Positions 32,901-41,530 of a stretch of DNA of 64,000 nucleotides are shown here, piece by piece. Position numbers and translations under genes: made by a program. Origin of the DNA: an uncultured Verrucomicrobiae bacterium (lineage in GTDB: Bacteria > Verrucomicrobiota > Verrucomicrobiia > Chthoniobacterales > UBA10450); NCBI GenBank assembly GCA_963801815.1, contig CAWDGJ010000002.1, positions 672,001-736,000 on the forward strand, given 5' to 3'. The number at the start of each line of letters is the position of its first letter. Within the stretch, counting starts at the first letter, position 1. The notes under the pieces are model-generated. The model searched no databases. It was not told the origin of the DNA and saw only the letters and a program-made list of their open reading frames with translations.

Positions 32901-33141
32901 CGCTCCAACTCTTCGGCACCTCAACGTTCTCCTGTTTGAAAATCGCCGTGCCGCTATCGTCGGTAATTTCGGCGGTCCGCCGCTCCCACTCGGTTTGTTC
33001 AAATGGCCGAATATTGGCGTCGCTGAATGTCCGTTCGAACTGGAGACCCCGGCTTTTGGTTGATCTCTGCCGGCGGCGATCGACGGATTTGCGCGGTTTA
33101 TTCAGGGTTGACGGTTGGATTCCGGGTTTGAGTTGGATCAT
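29994..33141 (-). CDS. nrdJ: Vitamin B12-dependent (class II) ribonucleotide reductase (one frameshift near 32637)
   Basis: FNSPVWFNVG, SACFI, STNPCSEY, CNLASLN and APTGTISF; C-terminal TSCPD-like domain and CxxC...CxxC zinc ribbon. Confidence 0.93.
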
Positions 33142-33192
33142 GGGGCACTTCCTACAACTGGTGAATTAACGGTGAATTGATGCTAACAGCCC

Positions 33193-33267
33193 GGCCAACA
33201 AGTTGTGAATTTCAGGGAACAACAAGTAATAGCGGAAGGCCATTGGCGGACATACAATATGCAGGGC
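33193..33267. promoter_or_regulatory. Putative NrdR boxes
   Basis: GGCCAACAAGTTGTGA (33193-33208) and ATACAATATGCAGGGC (33252-33267) partially match acaCwAtATaTwGtgt, upstream of nrdJ. Confidence 0.4.
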
Positions 33268-33336
33268 AAAACGCGTTCAAATCAAGAATTTAATTGTAAC
33301 ATTTCGCCCCGTTGATGTCGTCCAGACTTCTTTGCT

Positions 33337-33768
33337 TCACTGCAGCGCCGAGAAGCTGGTTGGATCCATGAAGTAGCGGTCAATATGGTCCACCAAGGAC
33401 CCATTTTTCTCCGATTCGGCCTTCACCTTTTGCCACTCCGGATCGGCTTGGAAGGAGGCCCAATTCTTCTCCGCCTCTTCCCGGCCTGGATGTTCCAGAA
33501 TGTAAATAAACAGATTTTGAGAACTCGGCGGATCTTGGGGAGACCAGTAACCAACGCTGTTCATGTTGTGCCGTTTGAAGATAGCGTCGGTGTGGTCGCG
33601 AAAGCGCGCTTTTAATTCGTCCATTTTGCCCGCGTTCACATGGTACAGGCGCAGCTCGTAAACGTGATGTCCGGGTTCCGCGTTGGATCCTCGCAGCGTG
33701 CCGAGACCGAACATCACCGCAGCGCCGAAAAAGAAAAATATCAGATGCGATGTTTTCATGACCGCCAT
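33337..33768 (-). CDS. NIPSNAP-family protein with N-terminal signal sequence
   Basis: VYELRLYH, GKM, VGYW and WASFQADPEW motifs. Confidence 0.85.
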   Translation of the reverse strand: MAVMKTSHLIFFFFGAAVMFGLGTLRGSNAEPGHHVYELRLYHVNAGKMDELKARFRDHTDAIFKRHNMNSVGYWSPQDPPSSQNLFIYILEHPGREEAEKNWASFQADPEWQKVKAESEKNGSLVDHIDRYFMDPTSFSALQ

Positions 33769-33836
33769 GATACGCCGCAATCGTTTGTCGTCGAAACGGC
33801 CTACGTACTCTTAGATACTAGGAACGGCGCGACAGG

Positions 33837-34019
33837 TGGCGGAAGGGGTGGGATTATCCAAAGCTGCGCTTTGGCTCCGGAGTAAGAGCTTCGCTTGTAA
33901 CCCTCGCGCTTCGCGCCCCACCGGTCGAACGGCGTTCGAATCTCCGAAAAGTTATGCGCCGGGCCCGACAACGGTTTGAGAAAAGGTAAAATCCGCAAGC
34001 TGGCGGAAGGGGTGGGATT
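33837..34019 (-). repeat. 19-bp direct repeat of the tRNA-Ser 3' end bounding a 164-bp element (att-like)
   Basis: TGGCGGAAGGGGTGGGATT occurs identically at 33837-33855 and 34001-34019. Confidence 0.8.
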
Positions 34020-34090
34020 CGAACCCACGGTGGGTTGCCCCACGCTCGATTTCGAGTCGAGTGCCTTAAACCGGACTCAGCCACCCTTCC
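34001..34090 (-). tRNA. tRNA-Ser(CGA)
   Basis: Cloverleaf GGAAGGG...CCCTTCC-G-CCA; anticodon arm CTCGA-CTCGAAA-TCGAG; long variable arm; GTTCGAATC T-loop. Confidence 0.96.
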
Positions 34091-34116
34091 CTTTCAATCG
34101 GCAGAAAACTGCGAAC

Positions 34117-34325
34117 GGTCCGAGCTCGCCACGGGACGAGTCCATCGGCGGACCGGACTCGCGGTCAACGTCCAACATCCAACGTCGAATGCAAACAGGT
34201 CGAGATACGATGTGCGGGGCTGGAGGTTGGGCGTTTCTTGTTCTTGGCGCGAGTAGATTGACACTCGCTCGCCTCCCGGTTGCCGCGGTCCTACCCTGGG
34301 CCGTAATGCCAGTCCGGCTCGGGCC
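34117..34325. repeat. Cluster of small inverted/REP-like repeats
   Basis: Core GCCAGTCCGG|CTCGGGCC (34308-34325) recurs inverted at 34117-34162 with a 28-bp insert. AACGTCCAACATCCA (34167-34181) pairs with TGGAGGTTGGGCGTT (34221-34235). Confidence 0.5.
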
Positions 34326-34442
34326 CTTCTATGTCCCGCGTCCCATGCGCTCCCTTCTTGACTAAAGTGTCCGCGGCGCACTAAACGTCGCCTCGAACAA
34401 CGTTGGCTGCGGCATCGTCAATGCTCGGGAAGGGAAGGCGCG

Positions 34443-35135
34443 ATGATTAGGGCAAATTGTCGGGCACGCTTCACCGCCGCTGATTTCGATTTCATTGTTC
34501 GCACACTCGCTCATTCATCGAACGATCACGTTTCACTGGTCGATCTTCTGAGTGATGCCGAAACGCGAGATGCGGTGCTCGATCATCCAAAGCTGGTTGA
34601 AGCGATCCTGTCCAACCCTGCGCACCTGCGCATTTCGTCGCAATTTTATTTCTACGTGCTTGCCCGCCACGTTTTGCAACAAGCCGGAATCGGCGACCGC
34701 AAACTTTGCGATTACGTCGGATCTCTTTTGGAAACCTTTTCCCGGGCGAGCCAGTTGCAACGCCCTGACGAGATCGAGAACCACGCTCTCGAATATATTT
34801 CCGATATGCTCATCGCCCTGAAACGGATGACGCGCGAGCAAGCCTTCCTCTTGCGAGCGCACATTGGAAATTATTCCCTGTTCATCAGCGGAATTTTTCA
34901 CGAGAGCGCGCAACGGCGCTGTCAGCGCGGCGGACCGGACCTGAGATTTTACGAGGAAATCGGCCGCACCAATTATCAAATGGTTGCTTCGCATGAAACA
35001 GCGAAACGATGCGAACTGAACGATGTCTTCGCGAACCTGGCCGGCCAATTTCGCGGCGTTCGCCTCGCCTTGAACGATCTTTCCGACCGGTTACTCAATC
35101 TCGACGATGATTTGCGGCCGTCCCTTGTTTTGTGA
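34443..35135 (+). CDS. Hypothetical helical protein (230 aa)
   Basis: Long ORF with RBS-like GGAAGG and globular composition; coupled to the next gene. Confidence 0.8.
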   Translation: MIRANCRARFTAADFDFIVRTLAHSSNDHVSLVDLLSDAETRDAVLDHPKLVEAILSNPAHLRISSQFYFYVLARHVLQQAGIGDRKLCDYVGSLLETFSRASQLQRPDEIENHALEYISDMLIALKRMTREQAFLLRAHIGNYSLFISGIFHESAQRRCQRGGPDLRFYEEIGRTNYQMVASHETAKRCELNDVFANLAGQFRGVRLALNDLSDRLLNLDDDLRPSLVL

Positions 35136-35845
35136 ACGAGACGCTCTTCAGCCAGATCCAAAAACTTCTCGAGCGCACCTATGTTCACGTCGGAATCAAT
35201 CTGGAAGATTGTTTGATCGACAGCCGCCGCTGCATCCAATTGTCAAGGCTGGCCGGGAAATCAGCCCGGGAACTGAGCGAGATCGCGCGCACTTTTCTCC
35301 GCACCGCAAACGATCGTCTTTACGTCGGTATTTATTATTCGCACTGGCTTATCGAACAGCTCGAACGCCATGACCCGCGCGCCGGATTGAGCGATCGAAA
35401 TATTCGGTCGCTAATCGTTTTTGTCGAAGAGATCAATCACGCGCTGCACGCCGCGCTTCAATTCCAGAACGGCGCCCGCGAGATTGCCTCGGAAGACTTT
35501 GCGCGCAATCTCGAGCTCCAGGCCCAGGTCGACACTTACCTCGTTCTGCTTTTGTTCGTCGCATTCTTTCGAAAAACGCAGCGCGTCTCGCGCTTGGATC
35601 GGCGCTGGTTGCGATTTCACCTGTTCAATCGCCAATGCCCGGACGCGTTCGCAGACCGAAACCTGCGCGCGCGCTATTTGGAAACCGCCGAACTGGCTGC
35701 CAGTTATACGCACTACCTCGACACGCTCAACGCCGCTCGCCGCGTTGAAGAAATCCGTTTCTTCCGCACGCTCGACTACAGTCGCAAAAAAGAACGGGTT
35801 CTCGCACTTCCGGCTGCAAAAATTCCGCCGCTCTTGCGAATTTAA
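35132..35845 (+). CDS. Hypothetical protein with an EExxH...E putative metal site (237 aa)
   Basis: GTGA overlap with the upstream gene; FVEEINHALH and ELQAQVDTY motifs. Confidence 0.8.
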   Translation: MNETLFSQIQKLLERTYVHVGINLEDCLIDSRRCIQLSRLAGKSARELSEIARTFLRTANDRLYVGIYYSHWLIEQLERHDPRAGLSDRNIRSLIVFVEEINHALHAALQFQNGAREIASEDFARNLELQAQVDTYLVLLLFVAFFRKTQRVSRLDRRWLRFHLFNRQCPDAFADRNLRARYLETAELAASYTHYLDTLNAARRVEEIRFFRTLDYSRKKERVLALPAAKIPPLLRI

Positions 35846-35882
35846 TTTGCGAAAACAAGATCGCGGTCGCTAAATACAGCTC

Positions 35883-36728
35883 GTGTTCAGTTTGACGATG
35901 CTCGGCAGCGGCAGTGCCGGAAATAGTGCGCTGGTTGCGACCGATCATTGCAAAATTTTGATCGATGGCGGACTGAGCGCGCGTCAGATCGTTCTCCGGT
36001 TGGAGCAATGCGGCGTGTTGCCCGAGCAACTCGACGGCGTTCTGCTCACGCACGAACATGGGGACCACGTTTGCGGCCTCGAAGTTCTCTGCCGGAAACT
36101 GGATGTGCCGATTTACGCAAATTCGCAAACCGCCGAAGCGGTGCGCTGCGGTTGTTCGTTGGATCAACATCCAAACTGGCGAATCTTTCGCACCGGCGCC
36201 GAGTTCACGATCTGCGACATCACGGTGCAACCGTTCCCGGTGCCCCACGACGCCGTCGATCCCGTCGGCTTCGCGTTTTACGCCGGCTCGAGCAGCCTTG
36301 GCTTCATCACTGACCTCGGTTACGCGACGAAGATGATCGTCGAGCGATTGCGGCAGGTGCATACCCTCGTCATCGAAACCAATCACGATGAGAAACTTTT
36401 GCAGAACGACACCCATCGGCCCTGGCCAGTGAAGCAACGGATTCAATCACGCCACGGACATCTCTCCAACAGCGCGGCGGCGAGCGTGATCGAAGAGTTA
36501 CTGCCGGGAAAAGTCGACCGGGTGGTGCTCGGACATCTTAGTCGCGATTGCAACACGCCCGAGCTCGCGCTCCAAACCGTGCGCGCTGCCCTGAAGAAAT
36601 GCGGCAAGATTGATATCGAAGTCTTTTGCGCGACCCAATCGGATATCAGCCCGCAATTTCGGATCGGCGAAACAACGCGCGGACATTTCCAGCCGACGTT
36701 TGAGAGCGCATTTTTTCCCGCAGCATGA
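35883..36728 (+). CDS. MBL-fold metallo-hydrolase (YycJ/WalJ-like)
   Basis: LGSGSAGN, THEHGDH, VPHDA, TDLG, ETNHD, GHLSN and HLS motifs. Confidence 0.9.
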   Translation: MFSLTMLGSGSAGNSALVATDHCKILIDGGLSARQIVLRLEQCGVLPEQLDGVLLTHEHGDHVCGLEVLCRKLDVPIYANSQTAEAVRCGCSLDQHPNWRIFRTGAEFTICDITVQPFPVPHDAVDPVGFAFYAGSSSLGFITDLGYATKMIVERLRQVHTLVIETNHDEKLLQNDTHRPWPVKQRIQSRHGHLSNSAAASVIEELLPGKVDRVVLGHLSRDCNTPELALQTVRAALKKCGKIDIEVFCATQSDISPQFRIGETTRGHFQPTFESAFFPAA

Positions 36729-37270
36729 GTCCAGCGATGGCGACTGAAAGGCCACGGCGGAAGGTCGCGGCCAAGCGTGAAATGAAGATCCGTGACGCGC
36801 GTGAAGCCGATCTCCCCGCGATCATCCGGATTTACAATGCCGCGATCGTCACCCGTATCTCCACTGCCCAACTGGAAACGGTGACGCTCGAGACGCGACG
36901 CAATTGGTTGAATGATCATTCGCCTGACCGGCATCCGTTTTGGGTTTTGGAAATCGACGACGACGTTGCCGGCTGGCTGACGTTGAAATCTTTTTTGCCG
37001 CGCGGTGCTTACCGCGACACGGCCGAAGTAAGCGTTTACGTGGATGAAAAGTTCCGGCGGCGCGGAGTAGGACGCGCATTGCTCGCCGAAGCAATCTCAC
37101 GCGCACCATCGCTTGGACTCAACGCAATGGTCGGCCTGATTTTCGCGCACAACGAACCGAGCTTGCGGTTATTCGAGGAACTTGGGTTCGCAAAATGGGG
37201 ATTGCTGCCCGGTGTCGCGCATCTCGACGAGGTCGAACGCGATCTCACCATCATGGGTTGGCACGTCTAA
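36725..37270 (+). CDS. GNAT N-acetyltransferase (phosphinothricin acetyltransferase/MnaT-like)
   Basis: IRIYN, TAEVSVYV, RRRGVGRAL and NEPSLRLFEELGF. Confidence 0.88.
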   Translation: MSPAMATERPRRKVAAKREMKIRDAREADLPAIIRIYNAAIVTRISTAQLETVTLETRRNWLNDHSPDRHPFWVLEIDDDVAGWLTLKSFLPRGAYRDTAEVSVYVDEKFRRRGVGRALLAEAISRAPSLGLNAMVGLIFAHNEPSLRLFEELGFAKWGLLPGVAHLDEVERDLTIMGWHV

Positions 37271-37283
37271 GATCGACAACTGC

Positions 37284-37661
37284 TCACACTTCTTCCGGAC
37301 CGACGACGAGATGAACGACGCCGCCGGGCTCGGAGACGAAGAAGCCGTTGAAATCCTCCCGCAAATTTTCCACTTCGTCACGGCGCGCGACGCCGTGAAC
37401 CTTTAAGAACGCCGCGGCTGCTTCCGTGTCGTTCGTTTCGATCTCGAGCCAGATGTCGGGATGACTGAGGTTCGGTACTTTGTCGATCCAGAGGCGGTTC
37501 GGGCCGAATTGAAAGATGCAGCCGTCCGGTTCCTCCTCGATCAAAGGCAAATTGAGCGTATCGCGATAAAAAGCGACGGTTTGCTCGTAGGTGTGCGACG
37601 GACACTTGATGGCAATGTTGGCGCCACCGGAGAATTGAGGTCCATCAAGCTTCGCCACCAT
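37284..37661 (-). CDS. VOC/glyoxalase-like protein
   Basis: NIAIK, TVAFYRDTL and IWLE, with C-terminal FVSEPGGVVHLV (beta-alpha-beta-beta-beta pattern). Confidence 0.7.
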   Translation of the reverse strand: MVAKLDGPQFSGGANIAIKCPSHTYEQTVAFYRDTLNLPLIEEEPDGCIFQFGPNRLWIDKVPNLSHPDIWLEIETNDTEAAAAFLKVHGVARRDEVENLREDFNGFFVSEPGGVVHLVVGPEEV

Positions 37662-37693
37662 AAAGGTCGATCTAACCTCGCGGGCCGCCGCGG

Positions 37694-38206
37694 TCAAAGA
37701 TGCTCGACTAATTTTTGGGCGACGGCCTTTGCCTTTTCCAAGGCGGTCGCGTCATTGGCGAAGCCGCTTACGCCAATAGTGAGAAACGCGTTGCCTTTAA
37801 CGACGTAAAGCATCAGCACGCGCGATGCGAATCCGCTTTCCCCGCCGGCAGCGAACATTTGGGCGGCATCGCCGACGCCCGGCACATCTTCCATTGATCC
37901 GTTCGCCGCCGCGACCAGCTGAAGTTCTTTATCCGGGGCAATCGCATTCGGACTGGGCAGCTGAAGGCGAATGACCAGGGATTTTCCGCGACGCATGCTG
38001 TAGTAATTGCATTTTGAATAGTAACCGTCGGCGCCTTCGCCACTCCGCGGACTTGGATCTCTTACCGCTTCACCTAAAATGTCGGTCGCGTCGGATTTGG
38101 TGAGGATCTGCGCGACATCTGGACGATTATCCGCGCCTAAACTTGAATTCGTTAGGCCAGCGGCCAGAAACAATACTCCAATAAATTTGTAGATCGACAT
38201 CGTCAT
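37694..38206 (-). CDS. Secreted hypothetical protein
   Basis: MTMSIYKFIGVLFLAAG signal peptide and VPGVGDAA motif. ATGA overlap with the fumC stop. Confidence 0.7.
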   Translation of the reverse strand: MTMSIYKFIGVLFLAAGLTNSSLGADNRPDVAQILTKSDATDILGEAVRDPSPRSGEGADGYYSKCNYYSMRRGKSLVIRLQLPSPNAIAPDKELQLVAAANGSMEDVPGVGDAAQMFAAGGESGFASRVLMLYVVKGNAFLTIGVSGFANDATALEKAKAVAQKLVEHL

Positions 38207-39621
38207 CCGCCGCCAGCGCCAGTGCCCCCGGGTTCCGTCATCGCGACCGGATCGAGCGCGGCTTCGAGTTCCTTTTCTGGCAGAATTTTCTTTTCGCGAC
38301 AGAGTTCTCGCACCGTTTTCCCCGTCCGGACGCTTTCTTTCGCGATCTCGGCCGCGCGATCGTAGCCGATTTTCGGGGCGAGCGCCGTTACCATTGCCAT
38401 AGACAGTTCCACCAGTTCCTCGCAACGCGCCTTGTTCGCCTTGATCCCGGTAACGCATTTTTCACAGAAAACGTCCACCACGCTCGAAAGCAACCGGATT
38501 GATTCGAGAAGATCGTGCGCCATCACCGGCATCATCACATTGAGTTCGAAATTCCCATTGGCGCCGGCCCAAGTGATTGCCGTGTCGTTGCCAAAAACCT
38601 GTGCGCAAACCATCATCATCGATTCGCACATCACGGGATTGACCTTGCCCGGCATGATCGAGCTGCCCGGTTGGGTCGCCGGCAATTGGATCTCACCGAT
38701 GCCGCAGCGCGGTCCGCTGCCTAACAAACGAATGTCGTTCGCAATCTTGAACAAACTTGTCGCGATAGTTTTCAGCTGGCCGCTTGCTTCTACCACTGCA
38801 TCTTTGCCGCCCTGGGCTTCAAAGTGATTCTTCGCTTCGTAGAACGCGATTCCTGTCCGCTGTTCGATGTGTCGCAGCATTTTCTTCGGAAGATTGAGAT
38901 GGCGATTCAACCCGGTTCCCACCGCTGTGCCGCCCAGCGCAACTTCGCGCAAAACCTCGAGTGCTTTTTCGGCGCGCTGCTTCCCGTAGGCGACCTGTTG
39001 AGCGTAACCGGAGAATTCCTGACCGAGTCGGACGGGGGTTGCATCCATCAAATGGGTCCTGCCAATCTTAATAATGTCCCAGAATTCCTTGGTCTTCGCC
39101 TCCAACGCCGAGTGCAATTTCGTCAGAGCCGGCCCAAGATGATTCTTCAGTTGTTCCGCGGCGCTAATGTGAATCGCGGTCGGGATCACATCGTTACTCG
39201 ATTGTCCCATGTTGACGTGATCATTCGGGTGAACGAGTTCGCGAGATCCAATCTCTTTGCCGGCTAACTGGGCGCAACGATTGGCAATGACTTCGTTCGC
39301 GTTCGTGTTGGTGCTGGTCCCGGAGCCAGTCTGGAAAATATCGAGCGGAAAATGTTCGTCGAGTTTCCCCTCAATCACTTCCTCGGCGGCCTGCACAATC
39401 AGGGCCGCGCGTTCGGCGTCGAGCAAACCGAGATCGTGATTGGCCTGGGCCGCAGCCCATTTGATTAAACCCAGTGCGCGAATGAATGGTCGCGAAAAAC
39501 GGTAACCGCTGATCGGAAAGTTGAGGACGGCGCGCTGCGTCGAAGCGCCGTGAAGGGCGGATTCAGGGAGCGACATTTCGCCCATTGAATCTTTCTCAAT
39601 CCGCATTCCCCTGGCCGCCAT
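38203..39621 (-). CDS. fumC: Class II fumarate hydratase
   Basis: RIEKDSMGE, QTGSGTS, HPNDHVN, GRTHLMDA and signature GSSIMPGKVNP. Confidence 0.95.
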   Translation of the reverse strand: MAARGMRIEKDSMGEMSLPESALHGASTQRAVLNFPISGYRFSRPFIRALGLIKWAAAQANHDLGLLDAERAALIVQAAEEVIEGKLDEHFPLDIFQTGSGTSTNTNANEVIANRCAQLAGKEIGSRELVHPNDHVNMGQSSNDVIPTAIHISAAEQLKNHLGPALTKLHSALEAKTKEFWDIIKIGRTHLMDATPVRLGQEFSGYAQQVAYGKQRAEKALEVLREVALGGTAVGTGLNRHLNLPKKMLRHIEQRTGIAFYEAKNHFEAQGGKDAVVEASGQLKTIATSLFKIANDIRLLGSGPRCGIGEIQLPATQPGSSIMPGKVNPVMCESMMMVCAQVFGNDTAITWAGANGNFELNVMMPVMAHDLLESIRLLSSVVDVFCEKCVTGIKANKARCEELVELSMAMVTALAPKIGYDRAAEIAKESVRTGKTVRELCREKKILPEKELEAALDPVAMTEPGGTGAGGG

Positions 39622-39624
39622 GAG

Positions 39625-40233
39625 TTATTTGCGGAAGGTCGATGCTTCGGCTGCGACCGGCCTCTCGCCGTTCTGGCCGTTTCCCCTCTCAAAAACCGTG
39701 ATGAACATCGGTGGAATATTTTGGAGGAAATACTCGGATTCCGCGTGCTCAAAAATCTTGGCGTGCTGTTTCAGTTCGTTCGTAACTTGATAAATAATGA
39801 ACCGACCGCCCGGCATGAGCGCGTCGTGGGTTTGTTGGAGCAACGCGCGCTTCTTGTCGATCTGGAGAATGCTGAACGGAATCCCCGAGACGATGTAATC
39901 GCACGCCGCAATACCACGCCGATGCAGTTCGCGCTGCAAATGGGCAGCGTTATCATTAATCACGTGCACGCGAGGATCGTCGCTAAACTGACGGCGCAAA
40001 TCGCGCGAAAACGCGGGGTCGAGTTCGAAAAGGAGCAATTGGCAATCCGGCCGCATCCGGCGCGCGATCTCACGAGAATGGACCCCTTCGCCCGGGCCGT
40101 ATTCGGCAATTACCCGGGCCTGGTCGAAATCGATTTTGTCCGACACCCGCTCGACCAACGCCTTTGAGCTTGGCACAATGGAGGCGATCTGGAACGGTCG
40201 TTTCAGGAATCGCTTGAAGAAAAGCGCACTCAT
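39625..40233 (-). CDS. Class I SAM methyltransferase (phospholipid N-methyltransferase-like)
   Basis: IASIVPSS, EYGPGEG, IVSGIPF and NIPP motifs. Confidence 0.78.
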   Translation of the reverse strand: MSALFFKRFLKRPFQIASIVPSSKALVERVSDKIDFDQARVIAEYGPGEGVHSREIARRMRPDCQLLLFELDPAFSRDLRRQFSDDPRVHVINDNAAHLQRELHRRGIAACDYIVSGIPFSILQIDKKRALLQQTHDALMPGGRFIIYQVTNELKQHAKIFEHAESEYFLQNIPPMFITVFERGNGQNGERPVAAEASTFRK

Positions 40234-40430
40234 CGAAAAACGAATAGTCACCTTCAGCCAGGGGATTGTCCAGTCGCGAGTGCCCGGGTGGCCTCGGCTG
40301 GCCTTTGACCTCCCTGCTCCGATAAGCCCAAAATGAGCAAAGAAAGGATTGACACCTATTCTAGAATTTATAATGCTTAAGGCTAGCGAAATGTCTTGCC
40401 CATTTTCTTCTGAATTGGTGATTTTCCCAC

Positions 40431-40982
40431 ATGCATAACCTCCTAACGGTCAAGGAAACGGCCAAATACCTGCGCATCCCGTTGCCTACCGTTTATTATC
40501 TCGTCCAGCGTGGCCAGCTTCCCGCCATCCAAATCGGCGGCCGCTGGCGCATTAAGAAGTCCTCGCTCGACAAGGACATTTTGAAAGAGGACAAGTCCGG
40601 CCAACCCACCGTATTGGTCGTCGATGACGACGAAAGCCTTCAGAATCTTTTCAAACTGTTCCTACGCAAAATCGGCTTCAGCCGCGTCGTTGTCGGCACC
40701 GTCAAGGAAGCGCTGGCTGCTCTCGAGAAGCAGAAATTCGATCTCGTATTTCTCGATTTGAAATTGCCGGACGGTCCCGCGGACGACGTCTACGACGCGG
40801 TCAAGGAACAGCAACCCGAATGCTCAATCATTATTATTACGGGTTATCCCGACAGCGCGATGCTCGACCGGATTTTGGCCAAAGGTCCGATCACGGTTTT
40901 GAAAAAACCGCTCAAGGTCGAGCAATTGAAAGAGACCGTTCGCATTCTCGGACACAAGGAAGCAGTCAAGCTCGCGGCCTAG
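40431..40982 (+). CDS. Response regulator with N-terminal excisionase-like (HTH_17) DNA-binding domain and C-terminal receiver domain
   Basis: LLTVKETAKYLRI...TVYYL...GGRWRI, followed by VVDDD, FLDLKLP, ITGY and KKP. Confidence 0.88.
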   Translation: MHNLLTVKETAKYLRIPLPTVYYLVQRGQLPAIQIGGRWRIKKSSLDKDILKEDKSGQPTVLVVDDDESLQNLFKLFLRKIGFSRVVVGTVKEALAALEKQKFDLVFLDLKLPDGPADDVYDAVKEQQPECSIIIITGYPDSAMLDRILAKGPITVLKKPLKVEQLKETVRILGHKEAVKLAA

Positions 40983-41046
40983 ACCTGCGATCAGGCGCGG
41001 TCTTGACTGATCACCTATCACTGGTCACTTATCATTCCGCTAGGAC

Positions 41047-41121
<75 letters not shown>

Positions 41122-41131
41122 GTTTCTTTTT

Positions 41132-41524
41132 ATGAAATCGATTCCTATCATTTTGGTATCGGTGATTATTTCCGTCAGTTCGGTTCGCGCCCTGACTCCG
41201 AATCTTCCAGCCGGCACCTTAACGCCTGATTTTGGCATCATGACACGGCTTGGTACTTTTGAGCACGCCATCATTTACGGTCCCGCTCCGAAGGTGTCGC
41301 GCCATTGGAATGGAAGTGGTGTGGTGATTCTCGATCTTTCCGTTCGCACCGGCTTGGTGGATATCGCACGGATTTGGCAAAGCACGGGAGTAAAGGAAGT
41401 CGATGACGCTCTGGTCGCCACGCTCCAGCAATGGCGCGTTAAACCGCGGACCGTCTACAAGCTTTATGTGCCGGTTAAAATTAGCGGCGGTCAGGTTCAT
41501 CTCGGCTCCACTCAGCAGCTGTAA
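41132..41524 (+). CDS. Small TonB C-terminal-domain-like protein with N-terminal signal/anchor
   Basis: PAP..GSGVVILDLSVRTGLV..QSTGVKEVDDALVATLQQWRVKP..VPV matches the TonB_C pattern. Confidence 0.65.
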   Translation: MKSIPIILVSVIISVSSVRALTPNLPAGTLTPDFGIMTRLGTFEHAIIYGPAPKVSRHWNGSGVVILDLSVRTGLVDIARIWQSTGVKEVDDALVATLQQWRVKPRTVYKLYVPVKISGGQVHLGSTQQL

Positions 41525-41530
41525 TTTCCA

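Noticed and set aside
32590..33141. Split nrdJa/nrdJb or programmed frameshift
   Set aside because: A single extra base near 32637 restores one continuous protein; there is no slippery sequence or separate RBS.
33142..33336. Cobalamin riboswitch upstream of nrdJ
   Set aside because: No B12-box or conserved GGGAA/GCCACTG arrangement; the region looks like an AT-rich promoter.
33801..34381. Short ORFs over the tRNA-Ser region
   Set aside because: They overlap the tRNA and the repeats, and their translations are artefacts.
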